A stretch of DNA of 47,822 bases from a virus: IMG/VR virus record IMGVR_UViG_3300022745_000004, positions 1 through 47,822 of that record; one strand, given 5' to 3'. Below the pieces are notes generated by a model. It saw nothing but the letters and a program-made list of their open reading frames with translations, made no database searches and was not told the origin of the DNA. Shown here in pieces: positions 17,873-25,719 of this stretch. The position numbers and the translations under genes were made by a program. Positions within the stretch are counted from its first letter, which is position 1; each line of letters begins with the position of its first letter.

Positions 17873-19311
17873 CTGGCCCTCTTCCTCTTCGCCCGAAGGT
17901 ACCAGCTGTCGTCGTACGGAGAGATCCCGTAGCGGTTCGTGTAGAGCTTGATGGCGACGGGCGTCATCATCTTACCCTTGATGGTGTGCCAGAAGCGCGA
18001 TCTCTCGGCGTCCTTCATCTTCTGGCTCGGCCCGGGCTCACCGACGAGCAGCACGAGTTCGCGGCTGGTGTCCACGGTCGGCGTCTTGCCGAACGAGAAG
18101 CCGCACTCGCACCCGTCGGCGCCGGGGGCACAGAGACGCAAGCACGCCTCACAGAGGCGGAAGTGCTCCGACTCCTTCGTGAGGCGCGCCTCGTTGACGC
18201 GCTTCTGCTTCGGGCGCCCGCCGGCGAGCGTCACCGGACGCAGGGCAAAGGGGTGCCCGTGGCGCAGCGCGTTGTTTCCGTGGTCGAGCACGATCGCGCG
18301 GTCCTTGCCCGGGGCGGCGCGGAGCCCGCGGCCGACGGCCTGCAGGTAGAGGCGCTCGCTCTTCGTGGCGCGCGCGAGCACGACGCACTCCACGACGGGG
18401 GCGTCGAAGCCCTCCGTGACGATGCCGACGTTGGAGACGACAAGGGTCTCGCCGGTGCGGAGCCGCTCGAAGATGGCGTCGCGCTCGTCATCACCCGTCT
18501 CGTCGTCGACGTGCTCGGCGGCCACGCCCGCGCGGCGCCACTGATCGACGAGTTCGAGGCTGTGCTTCTTGCTCACGGCGAAGCAGATCGTGCGCAGCCC
18601 GGGCGCCTTCTTCTTCCGTGTCTCGACGACGTCGGCGATCAGCGCCGTGGAGGCGAGGTCGAGCTCGGCCTGGTTGAAGTCGCCGACGCTGGTCCCGATC
18701 TTGTCGAGCGCCGGCGCCGGGCCGCAGTAGATCTCGGGCTCCACGAGCGGGAGCCCGGGGCCGACGAGAGAGCGGGCGGCGGGACCCTCGACGAGGGCGT
18801 CGAAGAACGGCAGCCCGGTACCAGTCTGGCCCCACGGCGTGGCCGACCAGCCGATCACGACGGCGTCGCCGAGGTAGTCCATCACGCGCTGCCACGTCGC
18901 AGCTGTGACGTGGTGGGCTTCGTCGACGAACGCGAGCCGCGGCGGCGGCGGGAGGTCGGCCTCGCTGTACACGCGCCCCTTCTCCTGCATGGATAGGCGG
19001 CGTGCGATGGTGTCCACGGACACGACCTGGCAGATCGCGTCGGGATCTGTGCTGGAGCCCGCGCGGAGGATCCCGGCGCGGACGCCCTGGCCGGCGAGGC
19101 GCGCGTGGGCCTGCTTCGCGAGCTCGGCGCGGTGCACGATCACCCACTGCGACGACGCCTTCGCCTGCGCGCGCTCCGAGAGCGCCGCGATGCAGGTCGT
19201 CTTGCCGTAGCCGGTCACAGCTCGGACGAGCGGGCGGCGCCGGCCGCCGCGCAGGACACCCTCGAGATCTGCGACCACCTTCGCCTGATCTGCCCGAAGC
19301 TCCTGCCTCAC
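17869..19311 (-). CDS. Superfamily-2 DEAH-box DNA helicase with C-terminal Cys cluster
   Basis: Motif I TGYGKT, motif II FVDEAHH, motif III SATP, motif VI QAVGRGLR, and a Cys cluster CEACLRLCAPGADGCECG. The likely start is GTG at 19311 (GTGA overlap with the endolysin stop). The 39 codons upstream are Arg/Gly-rich and lie inside the endolysin gene. Confidence 0.85.
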   Translation of the reverse strand: MRQELRADQAKVVADLEGVLRGGRRRPLVRAVTGYGKTTCIAALSERAQAKASSQWVIVHRAELAKQAHARLAGQGVRAGILRAGSSTDPDAICQVVSVDTIARRLSMQEKGRVYSEADLPPPPRLAFVDEAHHVTAATWQRVMDYLGDAVVIGWSATPWGQTGTGLPFFDALVEGPAARSLVGPGLPLVEPEIYCGPAPALDKIGTSVGDFNQAELDLASTALIADVVETRKKKAPGLRTICFAVSKKHSLELVDQWRRAGVAAEHVDDETGDDERDAIFERLRTGETLVVSNVGIVTEGFDAPVVECVVLARATKSERLYLQAVGRGLRAAPGKDRAIVLDHGNNALRHGHPFALRPVTLAGGRPKQKRVNEARLTKESEHFRLCEACLRLCAPGADGCECGFSFGKTPTVDTSRELVLLVGEPGPSQKMKDAERSRFWHTIKGKMMTPVAIKLYTNRYGISPYDDSWYLRAKRKRAR

Positions 19312-19778
19312 GAGCGCCCCACGAGGGCGCGCCACCCCGGCAGTTGGACGTGCGGCCAATCCCGCTCCGTGCCGATGTTCACGCGCTCGAGCGACAGGTC
19401 GCGGGCCGCCTGCTCGAGGTCCGCCCATGCCTCCGTCGCCGCGCGCGTGCGCCGCTCCCAGAGGTTCGGGATGCCGGGGTGGGCGTCGTCGGGGACGGTG
19501 TTGACCTCCACGAACCGGGGGTCGAGGACGAGGTCACAGGCGAGGGCGGGGTGGAAGTTGTGCGGGCTCTCGCCGAACTTCGCGAAGGACGCGCCGCGCT
19601 GGAGCGCCGCGGCCTGCTCGACCGGGCCACGGTACCCGCAGTATGGGGTGAGGCGGCCACCGGTCATCACGACGATCTGCTGGACCTTCGCCTGGAGGAT
19701 GGGGTGAAGCTCGGCCAGGACGCGCGGCTTCTTCAGGTCGAGGTCCCGACACGTCGCATCAAAGTGCAGTGGCTTCAC
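19308..19778 (-). CDS. Peptidase M15 (VanY/L-Ala-D-Glu peptidase-type) endolysin
   Basis: GYRGPVEQAAALQRG...ESPHNFHPALACD...RDWPHVQL matches the zinc-peptidase M15 pattern (His...Asp...His). GTG start at 19778 with GGAGG 6 nt upstream. Confidence 0.75.
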   Translation of the reverse strand: MKPLHFDATCRDLDLKKPRVLAELHPILQAKVQQIVVMTGGRLTPYCGYRGPVEQAAALQRGASFAKFGESPHNFHPALACDLVLDPRFVEVNTVPDDAHPGIPNLWERRTRAATEAWADLEQAARDLSLERVNIGTERDWPHVQLPGWRALVGRS

Positions 19779-19856
19779 GCCCGTCCTCCGTTGCGCGATG
19801 AGTCACGCATCTGTGCTTGTCTTTTCCCATGAGTAAGCGTAGAGGTCAACGCCCGC
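19779..19856. promoter_or_regulatory. 78-bp divergent control region between the late (minus) and early (plus) arms
   Basis: This is the only gap between the oppositely oriented genes at 19778 and 19857. It holds two copies of ATGAGTMA (19798 and 19829), 31 nt apart. Confidence 0.5.
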
Positions 19857-20933
19857 ATGGCGCGAAATGAGTGGACAAGCGCAGATCTTGGCATCGCGAT
19901 GGAGCGCGCAGTGCGCGCCAATGCAAAGAAGGTCCGTCAGATAGGCGACTGGATACATTGCAATGGGTTCTGGCGTGAGGGCCGAAAGCAGAATGTATCG
20001 ATCAACGTCGCTCATGGATCATTCAAAGACCACAAGACAGGCAAGTCGGGGGGTGCTGCAGTGTTCGCTCGTGAGGCGTTCGACATGGGGCTGCCTGAGT
20101 TCATGCGGCAGTTCGGTGCAGGTGTCACAGGTGTCGTCCTCCCTGAGCGCCCCCCTGATCCGGGGAGAGAAGACCTCCACATCGTGTGGGAGGACCTCGT
20201 TGCGCGCATGCCGCGCGACCGCGCCGACGCCGCCGCGCGGTGGCTGACGTCGAAGAGGCACTTCCCGCGCGAGGTCGGCCACATCGTCGACAGCGGCTTC
20301 GTCACGCTCAACGCCTCGACGCTGACGTCGTGGCCGATCGACATCCGGCCATGGATCGCCTGGCGGCTGCAGGAGTTCGGCACGACGATGGGCGTGCCGA
20401 TCCGCGACGCCGAGACCGGCCTCGTCTGCAACGTCCACCTGCGACCGATTCTGACGCACGGCGCTGACTCGCGACGCTTCATCCCGGGCTGCTGGGCGTG
20501 GTCTCCGACGAAGGCGCCGCGCGTCTACGGGCTGCCGGCGCGCGCGCTCGACGCGGACCTGCTCGTCGTGGTCGAGGGCGCCGTCGACCAGATGGCGGCC
20601 GAGTTGTGGGTGCGCGACACCCCGGGCGCCTCCGTGATCGGCTGCCTCCATGCGGCCCAGATGGCCGAGCTCGGGCGGTGGCTGCGCCGGCGCGCGCGCG
20701 GGCGCACCGTGATCGTGCCGCACCTCGACAGCAACAAGGAGGAGGCGGGCCCGCGGGCGGCGGCAAAGCTCATGTCCGAGTTGCGCGCTGCCGACATTCC
20801 GGCCACCTTCTTCGACTGGGATCGCTTCATGGGGGTGCTCGGCGTGACAGCGAAGGATCTCGGCGACGTCCTCCATGTTGGCTTCCACAAGGCGGGCTCC
20901 GCGTTCCGCGACGTCGTCGGGGCGGTGGCGTGA
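19857..20933 (+). CDS. Toprim-domain DNA primase with degenerate N-terminal zinc-binding region
   Basis: Toprim signature LLVVVEGAVDQ ... IVPHLDSNKEEAG. The N-terminus HCNGFWREGRKQNVSINVAHGSFKDHKTGKSGG resembles a CHC2 primase finger that has lost its Cys ligands. Confidence 0.7.
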   Translation: MARNEWTSADLGIAMERAVRANAKKVRQIGDWIHCNGFWREGRKQNVSINVAHGSFKDHKTGKSGGAAVFAREAFDMGLPEFMRQFGAGVTGVVLPERPPDPGREDLHIVWEDLVARMPRDRADAAARWLTSKRHFPREVGHIVDSGFVTLNASTLTSWPIDIRPWIAWRLQEFGTTMGVPIRDAETGLVCNVHLRPILTHGADSRRFIPGCWAWSPTKAPRVYGLPARALDADLLVVVEGAVDQMAAELWVRDTPGASVIGCLHAAQMAELGRWLRRRARGRTVIVPHLDSNKEEAGPRAAAKLMSELRAADIPATFFDWDRFMGVLGVTAKDLGDVLHVGFHKAGSAFRDVVGAVA

Positions 20934-22354
20934 GCGACTCCATCAACAAGGCGCTCGAGGCGAAGGTGCTCGAGCTGGCCTCCGTCGAGAAGCCGCCCGC
21001 CCGCGAGAAGACCTTTCAGCGTGGGGATGACGTCGAGATCGCTGCCGACGTCGTCGGCGTCCTGCAAAAGGACGCTCCCTGGGTGCACAGCGCCGAGCAG
21101 TTCTGGTCCTACGAGAACGACAGCGGCGCGTGGGAGCCGCAGCACACCGAGGACATCCGCGCCCTCGTCATGACCTACGCGGGACGCAAGGTCTTCGCCG
21201 GCAAGGACAAGGCGGGCGAGGACATCACGCGGGCGCTGAAGCTCAACAGCGGGCGCGTCGAGGGGACGGTGAGGTGCGCGCAGACCCTCCTTCACCAAGA
21301 GGGCTACTTCGACCAGGCGCCGCCGGGCATCGCGTTCAAGAACAGCTTCGTCAGCATCTCCGACGTCGGGGAGATCATCCAGATCGCCCACGGGCCCGAG
21401 AACCGCGCGCGCTTCTCGCTGCCCTATGCGTACCGCGAGCACGGCTGCCCGCAGTGGCGCGCGTTCCTCCGTGACCTCTTCATCGCCGACGAGGACATCC
21501 TCGAGAAGATCGAGTGCATCCGCGAGTTCGTCGGGCTCTGCCTGCTCGGGCGCATCGTCCCCTTCGAGAAGTCGCTCATCCTCTTCGGCGCCGGCAGCAA
21601 CGGGAAGAGCGTCCTGCTGCAGACCATCCTCGACATCTTCCCCCCGAAGGCGCGCAGCTCCGTGCCACCGCAGATGTGGATGGAGGACTACCACCTGGCA
21701 CGCCTCGACGGGTCCGCCATCAACGTCGTCTCCGAGCTTCCGCAGCGCGAACTGCTCGAGAGCAACAGCCTCAAGCAGGTGATCTCCGGGGACCTCGTGA
21801 CGGCGCGGCGTCCTCGAGAGAACCCCTTCGACTTCCGCCCGCGCGCGGGCCACATCTTCGCGAGCAATCCACCGCTCCCGCAGGTGAACGACTTCTCTCC
21901 GGGCTTCTGGCGACGATGGACGCTCATCGCCTTCAACCGCGCCTTCACTGGCGGCGAGGCCGAGGCGAAGGAGCGGCTGCTCGCGAAGCTCAAGGAGGAG
22001 ATCCCCGGGATCGTCTACTGGGCGATCGAGGGTGCGGGCCGGGCCATCCGACGTGGCTCACTGCAGACCGTGAAGTCGTCGACGGCCGCGCTCGATCGCT
22101 GGCGCAAGGGCAGCGACCAGGTGGCGACGTTCCTCGAGGAGGAGGTCGTCGAGAGCAAGGACGCCGAGTTCAGCGTCGACGACGTGTACCGCGGCTACCG
22201 CTCATGGTGCGCGCGGAGCGGCCACAAGATGATCGGGCGGACGCGCTTCCGCGAGCGCCTCGAGGCCCTCAACGTGAAGGCCTCGCAGGATGCCGCGGGG
22301 AGGTGGTTCGTTCCGGTGAGGGTGAGGCCGCAGGCCTACGGCAGCGACGACTGA
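20930..22354 (+). CDS. D5/P4-family SF3 replicative helicase
   Basis: GTG at 20930 with a GTGA overlap on the primase stop. Walker A LFGAGSNGKSV, then SELPQRE and a C-terminal YRGYRSWCARSGHKMIGRTRF DNA-binding tail typical of P4/D5 primase-helicases. Confidence 0.85.
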   Translation: MSDSINKALEAKVLELASVEKPPAREKTFQRGDDVEIAADVVGVLQKDAPWVHSAEQFWSYENDSGAWEPQHTEDIRALVMTYAGRKVFAGKDKAGEDITRALKLNSGRVEGTVRCAQTLLHQEGYFDQAPPGIAFKNSFVSISDVGEIIQIAHGPENRARFSLPYAYREHGCPQWRAFLRDLFIADEDILEKIECIREFVGLCLLGRIVPFEKSLILFGAGSNGKSVLLQTILDIFPPKARSSVPPQMWMEDYHLARLDGSAINVVSELPQRELLESNSLKQVISGDLVTARRPRENPFDFRPRAGHIFASNPPLPQVNDFSPGFWRRWTLIAFNRAFTGGEAEAKERLLAKLKEEIPGIVYWAIEGAGRAIRRGSLQTVKSSTAALDRWRKGSDQVATFLEEEVVESKDAEFSVDDVYRGYRSWCARSGHKMIGRTRFRERLEALNVKASQDAAGRWFVPVRVRPQAYGSDD

Positions 22355-22403
22355 GGCTGCCGCCTGGCTTGGGTGGTATTCGAATCCACTCGTCACAGAG
22401 GTG

Positions 22404-22423
22404 GTCCGGGTTAGCACCCGGAC
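22404..22423. terminator. Hairpin at the convergent junction (bidirectional terminator candidate)
   Basis: gtccgggt-tagc-acccggac forms an 8-bp perfect stem with a 4-nt loop, in the 154-nt gap between the converging genes ending at 22354 and 22509. No T-run. Confidence 0.45.
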
Positions 22424-22508
22424 TGGTCCACTGTTCCGGTTCCAGACTACGTCCTGCGCGGCCAAGCGCAGGCGCATCACGAGCTCCAGCGGCATCCCGT
22501 GTATAGCG

Positions 22509-23090
22509 TCAGTCGTCTCTCGAGCGCAAGACGGGCCCGCCGAACTCGCCGAGCTCGGCGAACGCGAGTTCTGCGTCATGGCGCTGCTTCCCCAGCAGCA
22601 TCAGGCGCGAACTCTCACGTGGGATCCTCAGGCGCTGCCTGTGCATGAGGATGAAGTCGATGGCCATGAAGGCTGCGTCCGTCTCCGGGATGAACCCATA
22701 GCGCATGGTTCCATCGCCCGCCATGACGAGGTCGCTCCTGACCGCATTTGCGAACCACCGTTCGACATCGCTCATACGGGCCACAGGATGTGGCCTCACG
22801 ACATCGCATACGAGTTTGATCTCCTCTGGCGACACGAGGAAGAGGAAGTCCCAGGTATTGGCGTACGCCTTCTGAGGTGCGTGCTCCTTCTCAAGGAGGT
22901 GACGTTCGACCCTCTTCGCGCCAGTGAACAGGTACTTGTTGAAGGTCTTCTTCTGCTTGCTGTTGTCGAGCACTTCCTGCGACGTCATCCACAGGAGCCT
23001 GCAGACGGAGCACCCGTGCTCCCTGAACACTGGCGCCATGCACGGTTCGCCGTCGGGCTTGATCTCACCGCAGTGCCGCCACTGCATCAC
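22509..23090 (-). CDS. Cassette gene G: unknown protein with N-terminal Cys/His knuckle (193 aa)
   Basis: MMQWRHCGEIKPDGEPCMAPVFREHGCSVCRLLW... The start (GTG 23090 or ATG 23087) overlaps the stop of gene F. Visibly lower G+C and K/F/N/Y-containing composition. No family recognised. Confidence 0.7.
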   Translation of the reverse strand: MMQWRHCGEIKPDGEPCMAPVFREHGCSVCRLLWMTSQEVLDNSKQKKTFNKYLFTGAKRVERHLLEKEHAPQKAYANTWDFLFLVSPEEIKLVCDVVRPHPVARMSDVERWFANAVRSDLVMAGDGTMRYGFIPETDAAFMAIDFILMHRQRLRIPRESSRLMLLGKQRHDAELAFAELGEFGGPVLRSRDD

Positions 23091-23563
23091 ACGTCCACAT
23101 GCTCATCGGGGCCGGACGCGATCTCGACGAGGTCGGCGGCCTCCTTCTGCAGCTTGGCGGCCTCCTCCTTCCATCCGGTGATCTGCACGTCCGTCACCGG
23201 CTGGCCGTCGTCGAGCTGGAGGTAGTCCTTCGCCATGCGCTCGAAGTGGGCCGATGCCGCAGCAAGGGCCTTGATGAACCCGATCACCGGGATCTTGCCG
23301 CCCTTCGTCACGTAGCCGTTCGAGCTCAGGACGTGCAGGACGTCCGTGGAGGCCTGGAGCATGAGGATGTCGTCCTCGCCGACCTCGTCCCCCATCAGAG
23401 CCCGGATGAAGGCGCCAGGCTGCTCGGGCTCCCGTGAGAGCGCGAGCGCGCGCACACGCTCCGAGGCGACGGCAAGCCCGGCCTTGGTGAGGTTGGCGGC
23501 CATGTTGTAGTAGGCCTTGTTCCGCTCGGCGAGCTGGCGCTCGTAGATGTCGCTGTTCTTCAT
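23087..23563 (-). CDS. Cassette gene F: unknown protein (158 aa)
   Basis: ATG at 23563 (MKNSDIYERQLAERNKAYYNMAANL...) has an ATGA overlap with the gene E stop, with GGAAGGGA upstream. An alternative ATG lies at 23578. Confidence 0.7.
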   Translation of the reverse strand: MKNSDIYERQLAERNKAYYNMAANLTKAGLAVASERVRALALSREPEQPGAFIRALMGDEVGEDDILMLQASTDVLHVLSSNGYVTKGGKIPVIGFIKALAAASAHFERMAKDYLQLDDGQPVTDVQITGWKEEAAKLQKEAADLVEIASGPDEHVDV

Positions 23564-23775
23564 CGTGGTCCCTTCCACCCTCTGTTGAGGGGCGTGAGTT
23601 TCTGTCGGCCGACGTATCCCGCGTCCTTTGGGCAGCCGTTTGGGCAGATGAGGAGCGGCTCAAGTTCGACCGAGTTGAGTCGTGAGGTATCTCCGATGTC
23701 GCGCCACTGCCCGCAGTGGTTGCACCGGATGATCATGATCCGTGGTTCCCAACTGCCCCAGTTGCCATCCGTCAC
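23560..23775 (-). CDS. Cassette gene E: 71-aa zinc-ribbon protein
   Basis: GTG at 23775 with a GTGA overlap on the gene D stop. Sequence (M/V)TDGNWGSWEPRIMIIRCNHCGQWRD...LLICPNGCPKD carries CxxC...CxxxC. The listed 160-aa form has a shadow N-terminus. Confidence 0.6.
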   Translation of the reverse strand: MTDGNWGSWEPRIMIIRCNHCGQWRDIGDTSRLNSVELEPLLICPNGCPKDAGYVGRQKLTPLNRGWKGPR

Positions 23776-24119
23776 GGCGCACCTCCATCGACGACCCGAG
23801 GCGCGAAGTTCATCGCATCCGTCTTCTCGACGCCGGGCAGGTTGGCTGCGATCCAGCCGTCCACCATCGTGTGATCGACGACTTGTGAGATCGCTTCGAG
23901 GAACGCGACCTTCCCTCCCGCGATGAGGTCGAACGAAAACGAGATACAGACGGGTCTTCGATCGAGGCTGCCAATCTGGATCCAGAAGCCGCCCGGCAGT
24001 TGCTCCCAGGGAATGCCCCTGGCCTCGTGAAACTCGCGCCATAGCGCGAGATGCTCGTAAGTGGTGGCTGTGACGACCCGCGACACACCCTTTAGGCTCA
24101 TGCCAACGTCGACGCTCAT
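23772..24119 (-). CDS. Cassette gene D: unknown protein (115 aa)
   Basis: ATG at 24119 (MSVDVGMSLKGVSRVVTATTYEHLALWREFHEARGIPWEQ...) has an ATGA overlap with the stop of the PAPS-reductase-like gene. Confidence 0.65.
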   Translation of the reverse strand: MSVDVGMSLKGVSRVVTATTYEHLALWREFHEARGIPWEQLPGGFWIQIGSLDRRPVCISFSFDLIAGGKVAFLEAISQVVDHTMVDGWIAANLPGVEKTDAMNFAPRVVDGGAP

Positions 24120-25075
24120 GGCTTCACCTTCAGCACGCGCTCGATGTCGGCATCCTCTGTCGGAGGTGCCTCGCATAGGCCCCACCGCATACACCCACCG
24201 CGCGGTGGGTCCTGCAGGATCGGGAACTGACGCCCGCCCTTGTCCGTCATCGCCCACGAAACGACATCGCGGATCTTGACGTAGCCGTCGCTGGCGCCGA
24301 CTCCCGCGCGCCCCTGGAAGAACGTCCCCTGTGGGTGCTTGTATCGGTCCTCGTCGTTGCCGGCCGCGCGGTGCTCAGCATTCCGGAGCGCGCGGTCATC
24401 AGTGACCGCGCGCTCCATCCCATCGATCTCGTCGATGCGTTCGGGCGAACGCATGGCGAGTAGTCGGATTTCCTCTTTGCGCGAGAATATGCACGGGTAG
24501 CATCCGACGCGGTCGAATCCCGCGTGATAGAGCGGGTTCATAGGCACGCCGTGGCGACGGTGGATCTCGATGACGTCAGCGACAGTCCAGTCGAGGATCG
24601 GACGCCACACGTAGCCGCCCCACCCGCGCTCGCCCTCCGAATCGCGCGCGGGCTCGTCGTCAAAGACTGCCATCTTCGAACGGGACGCGCTCTCCTCGGC
24701 GCGCACACCCATGGCACACACCGTCTCCCTGCCGGTGCGGTCCTCGTGTTCGTCGTGGTATGCGCGCAAAGGCATGATCTTGAGCTCCTGCGTGCACCAA
24801 CGCTGCATGCGCGCGGGGAACCCTGCACGATGCTTGATACTATCGCGCATGTCGCGTTTCGGTTTCACGACATCGATCGGCCCGATGAGTCTGCGCAGCG
24901 TATCGAGGTGTGCGTATGTCTCGGGTGCCTCCCATCCCGTGTCAGCGAACACCATACGGAATGGCACGTCGGCCTCACGAAGTGATAGCGCTAGCGCGGA
25001 GCTGTCCTTCCCGCCGCTCACGCTTGCGATGACGTCGCAGTCGGCCACTTCTGTGGGGACGATGATGCGCTTCAC
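24116..25075 (-). CDS. Cassette gene C: PP-loop ATP pyrophosphatase of the PAPS-reductase / DndC-like family
   Basis: SVSGGKDSSALAL (SGGKDS PP-loop), MGVRAEESASR (GxRxxES), and four Cys as GCYPC plus C-terminal GGCMRWGLCE. GTG start with a GTGA overlap on the gene B stop. Confidence 0.85.
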   Translation of the reverse strand: MKRIIVPTEVADCDVIASVSGGKDSSALALSLREADVPFRMVFADTGWEAPETYAHLDTLRRLIGPIDVVKPKRDMRDSIKHRAGFPARMQRWCTQELKIMPLRAYHDEHEDRTGRETVCAMGVRAEESASRSKMAVFDDEPARDSEGERGWGGYVWRPILDWTVADVIEIHRRHGVPMNPLYHAGFDRVGCYPCIFSRKEEIRLLAMRSPERIDEIDGMERAVTDDRALRNAEHRAAGNDEDRYKHPQGTFFQGRAGVGASDGYVKIRDVVSWAMTDKGGRQFPILQDPPRGGCMRWGLCEAPPTEDADIERVLKVKP

Positions 25076-25719
25076 TTCCCACCACCCTTCAGCACGCGCT
25101 CGATGTCGCGAATGGCGCTACGCAAGACGGATGCCTCGGCGTCGTTGTTCCCGGCGAGATGGGTCAGCCGACCATGCGTCAACTTGAGCGTCGTGCGCAT
25201 CTCCTCGTGCTCGCGGGCGTAGGCGGCGCCGACGTCGGTGGAGGCAAGGAGTGTACGCACCGTCACCGCATTCGGGCAGTCGCTGCCGTCGACGTCCTCG
25301 AAGACGCACGCATCTTCTTCGAGTTGCTCCCTCATCGCCGCCGCCGCAGCGGTTGCGCGGTCGCGCTCGGCGAGGAGTTCTGCGCACGACTTTGCCACCG
25401 CAAGGGAATCGCTCAACGCTGCATCCCTCTCCGCCGTCACGCGGGCGAGGTCGTCAGCCGCTGCGCGCATCTTCTCGTCAAGGAAAGACGCGGGGTCGTA
25501 GTCGCCCGCGAACGCCCTGTCCTCGACCCACCCGAGCTGAATCGCAAGCGCGTGAAGGCCCTGCGCCCACCCCGGCTTGTAGGTCTCCGTGATCTCCCGA
25601 AGATTGGCGCGAGCGCGGGCGAGGTCGGCGCGGAGCGCAGCGGCCTCGCAGCCGGAGCATATCGGAACTCCGTGTTTGCAGAACTTCGGTGGGATGGTGT
25701 CGTCGGTGGTGGTGGTCAT
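25072..25719 (-). CDS. Cassette gene B: unknown coiled-coil protein with N-terminal Cys cluster (215 aa)
   Basis: ATG at 25719 (MTTTTDDTIPPKFCKHGVPICSGCEAAALRADLARARANLREI...) has an ATGA overlap with the gene A stop. The 29 upstream codons of the listed ORF lie inside gene A. Confidence 0.7.
   Translation of the reverse strand: MTTTTDDTIPPKFCKHGVPICSGCEAAALRADLARARANLREITETYKPGWAQGLHALAIQLGWVEDRAFAGDYDPASFLDEKMRAAADDLARVTAERDAALSDSLAVAKSCAELLAERDRATAAAAAMREQLEEDACVFEDVDGSDCPNAVTVRTLLASTDVGAAYAREHEEMRTTLKLTHGRLTHLAGNNDAEASVLRSAIRDIERVLKGGGK

Noticed and set aside
22320-22400. A complete tRNA gene ending at the TTCGAATCC-like element.
   Set aside because: The T-stem pairs only 4 bp with a 9-nt loop. 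No 5' acceptor strand complementary to TCGTCAC lies about 65 nt upstream, and the upstream sequence is the end of the helicase ORF. It is kept only as a possible attP fragment.
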